DNA of 64,000 nucleotides from Chiloscyllium plagiosum (taxonomy: Eukaryota), in assembly GCF_004010195.1 (NCBI RefSeq), contig NC_057734.1, positions 45,085,605 to 45,149,604 of the forward strand. Direction: 5' to 3'. Under the pieces are notes generated by a model, which saw nothing but the letters and a program-made list of their open reading frames with translations, did no database searches and was not told the origin of the DNA. A program made the position numbers and the translations under genes. Positions within the stretch are counted from its first letter, which is position 1. Every line of letters starts with the position of its first letter. Shown piece after piece: positions 38,095 to 52,085 of the stretch.

Positions 38095-38270
38095 AAACCA
38101 GGAGAGAAACTCAGCGAGGAATACCAGGATGCACAACACATTGGGAGAGACACTAAAATACAGAATAGTAAGTTTGTAGGTAGAGTCATAATGGAACAGA
38201 TGTGAAGACATTTTGAACTAGGGTTATAGTGCATGTATGTGAATGCATGGAGTATGATTGTTTTACAGGT

Positions 38271-38810
38271 TGTTATGGACCAGGCCAGACCACCTCAAAA
38301 CATTTCAAGAAGGTAGCCCAGACTCTAACGTTTCTAGTTGTTTTCAGTAAGTGTAAGGTGGATATTCCAGGAGTAATGCAGCTGGCTCAACCACTCAGTT
38401 TTAAACAAAACAAAATTTATTTACAGAGTACTGAATGAGACACGAACAAAAGAGAACCAAATTTAGTATAACTTAACCTATCTGAAAACACAATTGACTC
38501 TATCACAACTTAATGATGCAGTTCCAAACACTTGCAATTTCCGCGTACACCCCTTTGGCAAAAAGGTAAATTCACAGGAGAGCGATTACAGGGGGAGAGG
38601 ATCGGCATTGAGCTGTTTCTTTTCCCAGCAGCTGAAACTTAACCAAACCAAAACCCTGAACTGGCCACTCCCTTTTATTGTACAATTTTTTTTTAATTAA
38701 TGGCCTTTTCAAATAGATATTTCCATGCATATTGGAACTTCTGCCTTTATGATTGCTATCAATAAAAGCCAAGGGCAACATAACTTTGTTAAAGGAACAG
38801 CATCATGACA
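38271..38810. mobile_element. Solo LTR (same family)
   Basis: TGTTAT...ATGACA ends with AGGT/AGTT 4-bp flanks. Shares GACCAGGCCAGAC and AAGAAGGTAGCC. Confidence 0.75.
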
Positions 38811-40636
38811 AGTTTCAGATCACCGTGTGGAATTGTGTTGTTGTGGCTATAACAGAGATCTGGCTCAATGAAGACCAAGACTCAGTGTTAAACATTTTTG
38901 GATGCACGATGTTCAGTAAAGATGGGAAAGGAAGAAAAGGAGGAGAGGTGGCATTGGATAAGAAGAATGTTGCAGTATTGGAGGAAGAGAATGTCCCAGA
39001 TAATTCAAGGACAGAAAGAAATAAGCAATTGCATTGATCAGTGTCATCTATAGGCAACCAATTAATGGGAAGGTTATAGAGGAACAAATCTACAGGGAAA
39101 TTTCAAAGAGGTGCAAAAATTACAATGACATTATAATGGGAGACTTCAACAGTCAGACTGAGATGGTTGTAGTGTAAGGAGCAGAGAAACACAGGTATTT
39201 CTAGAATATGTCCAGGAAAATGTTCTACAGCAGTGTCACTTTTCTATTGGACTGTGGCCAGTCCAATAAGAAAAGTGACACTGCTGAATCTTGCTCTTGG
39301 AATGAGGTAGGCCAAGTAGATGTAGTGATCATTATATCAAAGTTTAGCATGATGGAGGAAAATGACAATAAAGAATCCAGAATAAGTTTAATTAATTGAG
39401 GGGAGAGCTGACTTGAGTGGGGCAAGAAGAGAGCTAAGACAGTAGATTAGAGCCAAGAGTTGGTGCGAAAAACTGTAGCTGAACAATGGGCTACATTCAA
39501 CAAAAGAAAATGCTTTGGGCACAAGCAAGGTATTTTCCCTAAAGAGGGAGCACTAGGATAGACAAATCTGAAACTCCCCTGCTGAGAAAGGCAATATAAA
39601 CTAAGATAACAGAGGAAAACTCTGTTTTTGACAGATGATAAACCATGATCTCCTTGAATGGCATAGCAGTTTTGATGGGCTGAATGGCCAACTCCTGCTC
39701 CTATACATTATGGTCTGATGGTGTAAGGTGGAAAATACGAATGGAAAACCAGGTTGAAAATTAAGACTTTTCAATAGGGATAGCAAAGCAAATGAGAGAA
39801 ATGAAGAGGGATCATGAAAAGAGGCAGGCAGCTAACCTAAATGTTCTATAGGCACATAAATATTAAAAAGGTGGTAAAAAGAGGAGTAGGGTCAATTAGG
39901 GACAAAAAAAGGGATTTACCTATGAGATGGGGGCATGTCAAAGTAATTAAATGAATGTTTTGCCATTGCAACAGAGGTAAAAATGAAGTCCCGAGAAATG
40001 TTCAAAATTGGTAAGGAGGATATATTGTCAGTGCTTCAGTGAGGCTGAAATTGCAGAGGCACTGGCCACAGCTTTCAGTCTCCCTTAGACTCCAGTCTAA
40101 GGAACTGAGGGCATTGTTATTAAGTTTGCAGGTGGCACAAAGATGGAGGGACAGGTAGTGTTGAGGAAGTGGATAGGCTGTAGAGGACCTGAATAGGCTT
40201 GGAGACATGGAAGCAGTTCATGTCTATAACAACAAGACCTGAATAAGATTTAGGCTTGGGCTAAGTTAAAACAGCATTCACATCACACAAGTGTTGGGCA
40301 ATGACCCCCTCAAAGAAGGAATGATCTAACCACTTCCCTTGACTTACAATGGCATTTCTATCCTGGAATCCTTCACATTCTGAGGGTTTATCATTGACCA
40401 GAAACTGAACTCAATGAGTGGCTGGGAATTCCACGGTACATAACTCACTCCTGACAACCAAACATCTACAAGTCAATGTGACTGTTAATTCCATCCCAAA
40501 TTGCTGTTTCTAAAAGCTTATTCATCCAAAAAAGCAAAATTGACTGATCTGTAATTGCACACTTAAATCTACATTTTTGTTTGAACAAGGATGTAATGTT
40601 TGGAATTCTCCAATCCTCTGACAACACCCATTAAAC

Positions 40637-41390
40637 CATAAGACATAGGAGCAAAATTAGGCCATTCAGCCCATCAAGTCTGCTCCACCATTCGATCATG
40701 ACTGATATGCTTCTGAACCCCAGTCTCCCTCCTTCCCCCCACAATCCTTGATCCCTATTACCAATCAAGAACTTCTCTTCCTCTGCCTTAAATACACTCA
40801 ATTAGTTCCACAGATTAACCACCTTCTAGCTGAAGAGATTCCTCCTCATCTCAATTCTAAAGAGTCATCCGTCTAACCCTGAGATTGTGCCCTCAGGTCC
40901 TAGTCTCTCCTTTGAGTGGAAATATCTTGTCCATGTCCAGTCTGTCTAAATCTCTTGGTATCCTGCACATTTCAATCAGACCCCCTCTCATCCTTCTAAG
41001 CTCTATGAAGTAGAGACCCAGAGCCCTCAATCACTCCTCATATGACAAGCTCTTCATCCCTGTGATCAATATTCAGGAAGGCTCTGAACATATTGGAAAA
41101 GGTGCAAAAGAGGTTTATTAGAATGGTTGTGTGGATTTGAATTTTCGGTATCAGTATAAAACAGATTGGAAAAGTTGGGATTGTTTTCTTTTGAGAGGAG
41201 CAGGCTAGTAGGAAATCTGATAGATATTTTCTAATTCATGAGGAGTCTGGACAGAAAAGGTAGGATTAAGTTGTTCCCACTCATGAATGAATCATGAACA
41301 AGAGGTACAGATTTAATGTAATTTCCACAAGAGGGAAACACAATATTAGAAAAACCTTTAGATGCAGAAATACATTAGGATCTATGTAAG
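40637..41390. mobile_element. CR1 3' fragments (- 40637-41075; + 41085-41390)
   Basis: CCATAAGACATAGGAGCA tail and LEKVQKRF-like RT C-terminal sequence. Confidence 0.65.
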
Positions 41391-44261
41391 CTTTAGGTTA
41401 GAATTTAAATCCAAATCCCAGTATTGATTTGTTTAGTATTGCCATTTAACAGCTTGGTGGGGCAGCTAAATAAATGTTTGCTGAATTTATGAAATAATAC
41501 TTATCAAAGCACGGTAGTGGCTTTGTGGAATTACCATGGGTTCTTGCTTTCTGATTTGGCTTATGGTACACCATCTGGTACTTCATCTCTGGTCTCTCTC
41601 CAACAACTCTAGGATCTTCTGCTACCAACTGGACAGCAGGTTCCATTAATATCAGTTTCAAACTTGGTGCACACGCTTAGATCACTAAACGTTGATGCTT
41701 TTTCCAAGCCACAGAGCATAATGACTTTCTTGCACAACAGCTGAAATTGCTGAAACAAATCAGCAGGGGTTGTAGAGAACATGAGGCATTGTGGAGAGAA
41801 GGCAGAGTTAACATCTGAGTTTCGGTGACCCTCCTTCATTAAAGGAGTGAGTGGGGACTGAGCCCAGAGAGATAGAGATAGAGATAGAGAGAGAGAGACA
41901 AAAGAAGGTAGGCAGACAAAGGGATTGTTGATAGTCAGTCAGGAATTAACAAAAACAAAAATAATCATGGTGAACAAAAGAAAGATTAAAACAAAATCCT
42001 GTTGGAGAGAGGAGTAAGACTTCTTCAAGGTGGGCATACCTGAAAGAGGTGGATTAAACACCAAAACAAAGGGCTAATGCTGGGTTGATCTTCCTGTGAT
42101 CCTATTTCTTTACCTTGCTGCTCCCCCATCCATTTTTTAAAACTTAATTCAAGAGATGTGGGCTACACTACTTAGGTCAATACTTATTTCCCCCCTGTCA
42201 TTGCCCTTGACAAGGTGGTGGTAAGCTGTCTTGTTGAACTGCTGCACATTTGGCATAATGTGAAGGCTGGGAAGGAGTTTCAAGATTTTGACCCGACCAT
42301 AGTGAAGAAACAGCAATATTCTGTTCAATTGGCTGGATGGCTGGTTTGCAGTGCAGATTAAGCTTGGGTTCAATTAGTTTGCAGACTGAGGTTACCATGA
42401 AGAACTCTACATCTCAACCTTGCCTCTGGCCTGAGCATGGTAACCATCATCTTAAACTCACCACCAGTCTCTCTAATGTGAGAGCAGTCCTATTGAACTG
42501 TGTGACTGCCTTTTATTTTTATTGACCAAGGAGTAAGATATGGCAGAACATATTGAATCCCTCAATCACACCAGTAAGTTTCTGCAACTGTTAGTAAATG
42601 TAAGGATTTTTAATCAACCTGTTGTGTCATGTTACTACATTCCTCTTTGGTTGGTAGGCTTTGAATATGAACCTTCTAATCCAGAGGTAAAGACACTACT
42701 ACTGCACCACAAGACCCAGGTTTTGGACATACAGTTTTTTTTATTCATTTGTTGGATGTGAATGTTGCTGGCTGGCCAACATTTATTGCCAGCCCCTCGT
42801 TCCATTGGTTTCAATGCTATTTGGATACTTTCTCAGTCTGTGCCATCTATTCTCAATGTTTGGCATTTTATTGACTGAAGGAAGAAATTATGTTTGTGCA
42901 CTCTTCCTATTAGTTACTGAGGGCAATTTGGTCCCTGTCCCAAACAGAAACACACTGGCGGAGTCAGTCTGCAACCCAAAGTCATAGATGGTCTCGTCAT
43001 CCAACTGTAGCTGACTGATGGTTAAATATTCAGTGTTACTTAATGATATACTCCTTCTGGAGATTCCAGCTGTAATACCTGCTCATAGTTTGAGGGCTAT
43101 GTACAGAATATGCTGAGGGGCATTCTCAGATTTTCACTGGTACTAGGAGACAGCCAGGTCGACCCCGGTCAATGTGCAATTTATTTCAATACTTTTGCCC
43201 AGGGCAATGGGAAGAGGCTCTGGTTAGTTCAGAAGAATATTCGCCTTTGGCTTGTACATGAAGGAAGACATTCAAAGCTTCAAATATGTAAAATAAATTG
43301 TTACTCACTACAACTCACCTAAATATAAAACATTGGAGAATGATTTACCTAACATTAAAAATATCAGACATTGTGAAGACTGAGATGAGAACCAATAGAC
43401 TAATTCAGATAGCCGCATAAAACGGATGAATTACCCAATCCCTCCTGTTGCCTTTTTATCAACCATAAGAAGCATTATCGTGTGTTCTGTATTCTACAAA
43501 TCCACCCTATAATGACAGAACTCAATTGTACAACCTGAACTAATGAAAAATAATATGAAATGAAATCTTCTCTGCAAAGCAAATTTCCTATCTTCTAGAG
43601 ATAATCAGCTTAGAAATTTCAGAAATTACCAACACAAATGAGTGAACATGATAACACCCACATTTGCAGATTGGCTTCAGTAATATGAATTTTCAGATAC
43701 ATAAATTGATTTGCAATGAAAGGATGTAAATTCCACTTGCAAGAAATCAAATCTCTTTTTGTTTGAACTATGCACTGTAAATGAAAAAAACAAACAAACA
43801 TATGAAGTATTTTATGTACTTTATAAAGAACATAAAATACAAGGAATGTTTGCAGCTTTGGATAAATAAGTGAAGCTGACTGCTACAGATGAAACAACAG
43901 TACCTTTGGGATATTTTGTTCAGATAAACCTGTTTGTGTGTTCAGGGTAAATCTGCCTAGGGACAGTCATTTGATCAGCTTTCCAACTGACACTACTTGT
44001 GGATTCAGGAGAGCTTGGTAATAGTAACAAGCTCGGATCGGCTGCAGTTCAGCACAGAACCTATGAGGGGGAATGCAAACCAAGCAGGTCAGAAGGCTTA
44101 GAGGCTTGCATCATCACCTTTCCACCATTCTATTCTCTTGCACTATAAAACTCCAACTCACTATTGAAAGAGCAAGAATAAACTATGTTCAGAGTTTCTG
44201 AAAGAAAACATTTCAAAACCCAAAGGGAGAAGAAAGACTAAGCAACTAGTGAAGTAAACTC

Positions 44262-44584
44262 GTGGGCGGCACGGTGGCACAGTGGTTAGCACTGCTGCCT
44301 CGCAGCGCCAGAGACCCGGGTTCAATTCCCGACTCAGGCGACTAACTGTGTGGAGTTTGCACGTTCTCCCCGTGTCTGCGTGGGTTTCCTCCGGGGGCTC
44401 CGGTTTCCTCTCACAGTCCAAAGATGTGCAAGTCAGGTGAATTGGCCATGCTAAATTGCCTGTAGTGTAAGGTAAAGGGGTAAATGTAGGGGTATGGGTG
44501 GGTTACGCTTCGGCGGGTCGGTGTGGACTTGTTGGGCCGAAGGGCCTGTTTCCACACTGTAAGTAATCTAATCTAATCTAAATC
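44262..44584 (+). mobile_element. Young full-length HE1 SINE with a 7-bp TSD
   Basis: A box TGGCACAGTGG, B box GGTTCAATTCC, CpGs retained, (AATCT)n tail. TAAACTC at 44255-44261 and 44585-44591. Confidence 0.95.
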
Positions 44585-45104
44585 TAAACTCTAGTCATCG
44601 CCGCAGAGAGAACTTCAAGGCATTGTGGAGAAATGCAACAGAATTCTGAAACCATTTCATCTAGTTTTGTGATTTTGACTGGTGATACACAAGTGTGTTC
44701 CACTGAGTATTACCCACCCCCTCATACAATTTGTGTTTTTACTGTTTTCTTTTGTGTGTACATGGGGAGGGAATTATTAAAGGAGTGAAGTTTAAACTAC
44801 ATAAATTTGAAATCTTAGTCTTTTACTACCCTTGGTAAAGTTATGTTCTTATAATAAACAGAATATTTTTTATTATTAGTGAAGAAACTTGGAGTGGTTT
44901 GCTCTTATCATTGGGTAGCAGTCAGTTGGAGTTGGAATTTCTGGTCTTGTCAGTAGATATTCATATTTATAGCGACATTAGGGAATACTGGGCCTTGATT
45001 TGCGGTGCGCTACCCCAGTGGGTCATGACACAGTTAACTAAGGACTGCCAATGTTATTGTTATTATTTACTAAGTTGTACAAAATTAGATGCTCTTTTTT
45101 TTTA

Positions 45105-46695
45105 CAGTAGGAAGTGCTGGATGTCTTGAAATGAATAAAGGTGGATAAATCCCCAGGACCTAATCAAGTGTACCCTAGAACTCTGTGGGAAGCTAGGGAA
45201 GTGACTGCTTGGCCTCTTGCTGAGATATCTATATCATCAATAGTCACAAGTGAGATGCCAGAAGACTGGAGGTTGGCTAACATAGTGCCACTGTTTAAGA
45301 ATGGGTGCTAATGACAAGCCAAGGAACTATAGACCGGTGAGCCCGATGTCGGTGTTGGGCAGATTGTTGGACGGAATCCTGAGGGACAGGATGTACATGT
45401 ATTTGGAAAGGCAAGGACTGATTAGGGATAGTCAACATGGCTTTGTGTGTGGGAGATTGTGTCTCACAAACTTGATTGAGTTTTTTGAAGAAGTAACAAA
45501 CAGGATTGATGAGGGCAGAGTGATAGATGTGATCTATATAGACTTCAATAAGGCATTCAATAGGGTTCCCCATGGGAGACTGGTTAGCAAGGGTAGGTCT
45601 CATGGAATACAGGGAGAACTAGCCATTTGGATACAGAACTGGCTCAAAGGTAGAGGACAGAAGGTGGTGGTGGAGGCCTGTGACCAGTGAAGTGCAACAA
45701 GGAATAGTGCTGGGTCCACTACTTTTCATCATTTATATAAATTATTTGGATATGAGCATAAAAGGTATGGTTAGTAAGTTTGCAGATGACACCAAAATTG
45801 GAGGTGTAGTGGATAGCGAAGAGGGTTATCTCAGATTTCAACAGGATCTTGATCAAATGGGCCAATGGGCTGAGAAGTGGCAGATGGAGTTTAATTCAGA
45901 TAAATGCGAGGTGCTGCATTTTGGGAAAGCAAATCTTAGCAGGACTTATACACTTAATGGTAAGGTCCTAGGGAGTGTTTTTGAACAAAGAGACATTGGA
46001 TTGCAGGTTCATAGCTCCTTGAAAGTGGAGTCACAGGTAGATAGGATAGTGAAGAAGGCATTTGGTATGCTTTTCTTTATTGGTCAGAGTATTGAGTACA
46101 GGAGTTGGGAGGTCATGTTGCACTTGTACAGGACATTGGTTAGGCCACTGTTGGAATATTGTGTTCAATTCTGGTCTCCTAACTATTGGAAAGATGTTGT
46201 GAAACTTGAAAGGGTTCAGAAAAGACTTACAAAGATGTTGCTAGGGTTGGAGGATTTGAGCTATAGGGAGAGGCTGAACAGGCTGGGGCTGTTTTCCCTG
46301 GAGCATCAGAGGCTGAGCGGTGATGTTATAGAGGTTTACAATATTATGAGGGGCATGAATAGGGTAAATAGGCAAAGTATTTTCCCTGGGGTGGGCAAGT
46401 CCAGAACTAGAGGGCATACATTTAGGATGAGAGGGGAAAGATAAAGAAGAGACCTAAGGTGCAACATTTCACACAGAGGGTGTTACGTGTATGGAATGAG
46501 CTGCCAGAGGAAGTGGTGGAGGCTAGTACAATTGCAACATTTAAAAGGCATTTGGATGGGTATATGAATAGGAAGGGTTTGGAGGAATATGGGCTGGGTG
46601 CTGGCAGGTGGGACTAGATGGGTGGGAATATCTGGTCGGCATAAACGGGTTGGACCAAAGGGTCTGTTTCCATGCTGTACATCTCTATGACTATA
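45105..46695 (+). mobile_element. 5'-truncated CR1 LINE (RT domain)
   Basis: NYRPVS..QHGF..DFNKAF, QGIVLGPLLF..SKFADDTK and LVRPLLEYCVQFWSP, followed by the 3' tail. Confidence 0.95.
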
Positions 46696-46899
46696 TTAAG
46701 AGTGTTATGGGACTTGGTGAAGGGAAGAGAGACAGGTTGCACAGCGACAATGAAACACTTTGTCCCATTCTACAGATGCAGCTCAATTATGGTGAAGGAA
46801 AGTAAACTATATTGGATTTGCCAATTTTATTGAGAGCAGAATTCAATTCACACTTACAAAGTAGTCATGGATTGCATTCTCTAATTAAATGTAAATTGA

Positions 46900-49800
46900 A
46901 TCTAAATAATGAGAATCCCAAGGTATTTTATATGTATATTAGGAACAAGAGGGCAGCTAGTGAATGAGTAGATCAAAAACCAAGGAAAGAATTTGTGTGT
47001 GAGTCAGGGTAAATGGGTGATGTCCTTAATGATTACTTCATATCAATATTCACCAAGGAGAAGCAAGGATAATAGTAAGATTAGGGAAAGGTATGTTGAT
47101 ATTACAGGGCATCTTAAAATTAAGAAGGAGGAGGTATTAGGTGTCTTGAAAACCATTAAGGTAGATAGGTCATTAGGTCCTGTTGGGATCTATTACAGGT
47201 TACTGAGGGAGGAAAGGGAGGATATTGCTGGGGCCTTGACAGAGATCTTTGTATTCCCCTTTAGCCACAGAACACTGAAGAATAACCAATGTTGTTCCTT
47301 TTTTTAAGAAGGGACCAGGGACAATCCAGGAAATTATAGGATGGTGACCCTTACATCAGTGTTTGGGAAATTATTGGAGAAGGTTCTTAGAGATAGGATT
47401 TACGCACATTTGGAAAATAATAGACTTATTATGGATAGTCAGTATCACTTTGTGCATGGGAGATCTGGTCTCACAAATTTGATTGAGGTTTTTGAGGAAG
47501 TCACAAAGATATGTTTAGGGCAGTGGATACTGTCTGTATGGACTTTACTAAAGCATTTGACAAGGTCCGTCATGATGGACTATCCAAAAGATTAAGTAAC
47601 ATTGGATCCATGATCAGTTGGTAAGTTGGATACACAAAATTGGCATGTTCATAGGTGACATAGGTAGTTGTAGAGTGATGTTTTTCTGATTGGAGATCCG
47701 TGATCCTGTGGTGTTCTACAAGGATAAGTGCTGGGTCCTCTGTAAGCCAGTGTATATAAATCAAATGTATGTAAAGAACAATTTGGATGAAAATGTGGGT
47801 GGTTTGATTAGTAAGTTGCAGGTCACATGAAAATTAGTGGAGTTGTGAATAGTGAACAAGGTTGTCAAAGCATATAGCAGGATACGAATCAGTTGGAACG
47901 TTGGCCAGAGAAATGTCAGATGGAGTTTAATCTACTTCAACGCCAGGAGCATCCAGAATAAGATGGGTGAACCTGCAGCATGGGTTGGTACCTGGGACTT
48001 CGATGATGTGGCCATTTCGGAGACATGGATAGAGCAGGGACAGGACTAGTTGTTGCAGGTTCCAGGATTTAGATGTTTCAGTAAGAACAGAGAAGATGGT
48101 AAAAGAGGGGAAGATGTGGCATTGTTGGTCAAGGACAGTATTACAGTTGCAGAAAGGATTTTTGGGGACTCGTCAACTGAGGTAGTATGGGCTGAGGTTA
48201 GTATCAGGAAAGAAGAGGTCACCCTATTGGGAGTTTTCTATAGGCCTGCGAATAGTTCCAGGGATGTACAGGAAAGGATAGCAAAAATGATTCTCGATAG
48301 GAGTGAGAGAGACAGGGTAGTTGTCATGGGGGACTTCAACTTTCCAAATACTGACTGGGAACACTATAGTACGCGTACTATAGATGGGTCAGTTTTTGTC
48401 CAGTGTGTGCAGGAGGGCTTCCGGACACAGTACGTAGACAGGCCAACAAGGGGCAAAGCCACATTAGATTTGGTACTGGGTAGTGAGCCCAGCCAGGTGT
48501 TAGACTCGGAAGTAGGTGAGCACTTTTGTGATAGCGATCACAATTCTGTTATGTTTACTTAAGTGACAGAAAGGAATAGGTGTATACCACTGGGCAAGAG
48601 TTACAGCTGGGGGAAAGGCAATTACAATGCGATTAGGCAAGATTTAGGAAGCATAGGATGAGGAAGGAAACTGCAGAGAATGGGCACATTAGAAATGTGG
48701 AGCTTATTCAAGGAAAAGCTCCTGTGTGTCCTAGATAAGTATGTACCTATCAGGCAGGGAGGAAGCTGTAAAGCGCAGGAGCCGTGGTTTACGAGGGAAG
48801 TGGAATCTCTGGTCAAGAGGAAGAAGAAGGCTTATGTTAGGATGAGATGTGAAGGCTCAGGGCGCTTGAGGGTGACAAGGTAACCAGGAAAGACCTAAAG
48901 AGAGAGCTCAAAAGAGCCAGAAGGAGACATGAGATGTTGTTGGCAGATAGGGTCAGGGTAAACCCTAAGGCTTTCTATAGGTATTTAAGGAATAAAAAGA
49001 ATGATGAGTGTAAGAGTAGGGCCAATCAAGGATAGTCGTGGGAAGTTGTGTGTGGAGTCATAGGAGATAGGGGAAGCACTAAATGAATATTTTTCGACAG
49101 TATTCACTCTAGAAAATGACAATGTTGTCGAGGAGAATACTGAGATACAAGCTACTAGAGTGGTTGAGGTTCACAAGGAAGAGATATTAGAAATCCTGCA
49201 GAGTGTGAAAATAGATAAGTCCCCTTGCGCCGGATGGGATTTATCCTAGGATCCTCTGGCATTGATCTTTAAATCGTCATTGTCTACAGGAATAGTGCCA
49301 GAAGACTGGAGGTTAGCAAATAATGTTCCCTTATTCAAGAAGGGGAGTATAGACCAGTAATTATAGACCAGTGAGTCTTACTTCAGTGTTGGTAAAGTGT
49401 TGGAAAAGATTATAAGAGATAGGATTTATAATCATTTAGAAAAGAATAATTTGATTAGGGATAGTCAGCACGGTTTTGTGAAGGGTAGGTCGTGCCTCAC
49501 AAACCTTATTCAGTTCTTTGAGAAGGTGACCAAACAGTAGATGAGAGTAAACTGGTTGATGTGGTGTATATGGATTTCAGCAAGGCATTCGATAAGGTTC
49601 CCCACAGTAGGCTATTGTACAAAATGCGGAGGAATGGGATTGTGGGAGATATAGCCGTTTGGATCAGTAATTGGTTTGCTGAAAGAAGACAGAGGGTGGT
49701 GGTTGATGAGAAATGTTCATCCTGAAGTTAAGTACTAGTGGTGTACCGCAAGGGTCGGTGTTGGGTCCACTGCTGTTTGTCATTTTTATAAACGACCTGG

Positions 49801-51320
49801 ATGAGGGCAAAAAAGGATGGGTTAGTAAATTTGCAGATGACACTAAGGTTGGTGGAGTTGTGGATAGTGACGAAGGATGTTGTAGGTTACAGAGAGACAT
49901 AGATAAGCTGCTGAGCTGGGCTGAGAGGTGGCAAATGGAGTTTAACGTGGACAATTGTGAGGTGATTCACTTTGGTCGGAGTAACCAGAATGCAAAGTAC
50001 TGAGCTAATGGTAAGATTCTTGGTAGTGTAGATGAGCAGAGAGATCTCAGTGTCCAGGTACACAGATCCCTGAAAGATGTCACCCAGGTTGACAGGGTTG
50101 TTAAGAAGGCATACAGTGTTTTAGCTTTTATTATTAGAGGGATCGAGTTCCAGAACCATGAGGTTATGCTACAGTTGTACAAAACTCTGGCGGGGCTGCA
50201 CTTGGAGTATTGTGTACAGTTTTGGTCACTGCATTATAAGAAGGACATGGAAGCTTTGGAAAGGGTGCAGAGGAGATTTACTAGGATGTTGCCTGGTATG
50301 GAGGGAATGTCTTACAAGGAAAGGCTGAGTGACTTGAGGCTGTTTTCATTGGAGAGAAGGTTGAGAGGTGACTTAATGGTGACATATAAGATAATCAGAG
50401 GGTTAGATAGGGTGGACAGGGAGAGCCTTTTTCCAAGTATGGTGACGGCGAGCACGAGGGGTAATAGCTTTAAATTGAGGGGTGATAGATAGAGGACAGA
50501 TGTCAGTCGTAGTTTCTTTACTCGGAGTAATAAGGGTATGGAATGCTTTGCCTGCAACGGTAGTAGATTCGCCAACTTTAAGTACATTTCAAGCATATGG
50601 ACGTACATGGAATAGTGTAGGTTAGAGGGGCTTCAGATTGGTATGACAGGTCAGTGGAACATCAAGGGCCGAAGGGCCTGTACTGCGCTGTAATGTTCTA
50701 ATGTTCTATGAAATACTGTGAGGTGATGCATTTTGGGAGGTCAAATGCAAGAGAAAACTGTACAGTAATTGATAGGACCCTTAGTAACATTGATTTCCAG
50801 AGGGATCTTGGAGTGCAAGTCCATTGCTCCTTGAAAGTGGCAATATAAGGTGATAAAGAAAACATACTGCATGCTTGCCTTCACTGGTCAGGGCATTAAT
50901 TATAAAAGTTCACAAGTCATGTTCCAACTGTTTAAAGTTTTAGTTAGACCGTGTTTGGAGTATTGTAAGCTGTTCTGGTCACCACACTACAGGATGTGGA
51001 GATTTTGGAGAGGGTGAAAAAGAGGTTTATCAGGTTGTTGCCTGGATTGGAATGTATTAGGTATAGGGCAAACATGAACTAATTTTGCTAGACCATTACA
51101 GGCTGAGAGGTGACCTGTCATAAGTCTATACAATTATAAGAGGGTGCATTGTTGGAATCTATTTCCCAGGGTGAACACGTCAAATACACGGGGCACTCGT
51201 TTAAAGTGAGAAGAGAGACAGTTTAAAGGAGGTGTGACAGGATTTTTTTTACAGAGTGGTAGGTGCCTGGAACGGAGTGCCAGGAGAAGTGGCAGAAGCA
51301 GTTAAATAGCAATTCAACAA
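46900..51320 (+). mobile_element. Older CR1 LINE (46900-47930 and 50711-51320) interrupted by a younger near-complete CR1 ORF2 (47931-50710)
   Basis: The host breaks at CAGATGGAGTTTAATC and resumes at TGTGAGGTGATGCATTTTGG. The insert runs from YFNARSIQNK through RT to a (TAATGTTC)n tail. Confidence 0.9.
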
Positions 51321-51849
51321 CTGTAGAGATTGAAAGTGACAGTTTATGAAATGATATAAATCATGTGAAATATAAACTTGACTGTGGATTCGTTTCAACT
51401 GGTGTTACACATTTGCAGAGCCAAATTTGACACCGAATAGCCCACAGATATACTAATTGCGGCACCCCTTGTCTTGCAAAGGCAGCATAGTTGGGTGGAA
51501 TAGTTCAGAGATCCACGAAAACGGTTCTCGTTCTCTTTCTGTATTACCCTCTTGAAAGCTCACATAACTCCCTCATATTTTGTTCATTTCTCCGAAGCCT
51601 TCCTTTTGGGAAGGCCTCCGGTACTAGAATGACAGTGGCTCTGGGAATCACTTTCCGCTTTTTCTTTATTAGAAGTGTGTTTTGTCATTAAGCTTGTTTC
51701 CCATTGACACATTTCAATTTCATTAACAGCAATGATTGAGATTTAACATTTTCACATAATGCTATACATAGAAATAGTGTCACCTATCAGATATGAAATT
51801 TCAGTAAGGTAACCACCCCCACCTCACTCTGCCCTTCCTCCCCGTTCTG

Positions 51850-52085
51850 ACTTCTCAATCTGACGCAGCACTTTCTGTAGTGCGTGATGACGACACAAGG
51901 CGAGGTGACGTCACTGTACATCGGCATAACCCGCCCGTGCGTAAATAGACCTTGGCGCAGAAACACATAGCGTCGCACCTTGATGATGCCGGTGGGAGGT
52001 TTACGCGAGCGCAGAGTCCTGGCCTTTCGTCTTATTGACAATTTGAACGAATGCGAATTCAATAACAATTGTTTAGACACGCAAT
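51850..52085. promoter_or_regulatory. CpG-rich unique segment with a perfect CRE
   Basis: Local CpG cluster. GTGACGTCAC at 51905-51914. Confidence 0.45.

Larger units (their letters stand above)
36690..40205 (+). mobile_element. Old CR1 LINE (ORF1 and ORF2 remnants) split by two solo LTRs
   Basis: LVHIGTNCIG..KQMNEWLK..EGFRFLG (ORF1), then CMYVNAWS and VVAITEIWL..GRKGGEVAL (endonuclease). Confidence 0.75.

Noticed and set aside
44262-44340. tRNA gene
   Set aside because: The A/B boxes belong to the tRNA-derived head of an HE1 SINE.
44620-45031. Possible additional solo LTR ending in CATGACA
   Set aside because: Could not define a 5' end or TSD by eye.
45680-46444. Active LINE reverse transcriptase
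   Set aside because: 5'-truncated and frameshifted relative to the upstream ORF. The larger copy at 47931-50710 also has stops.
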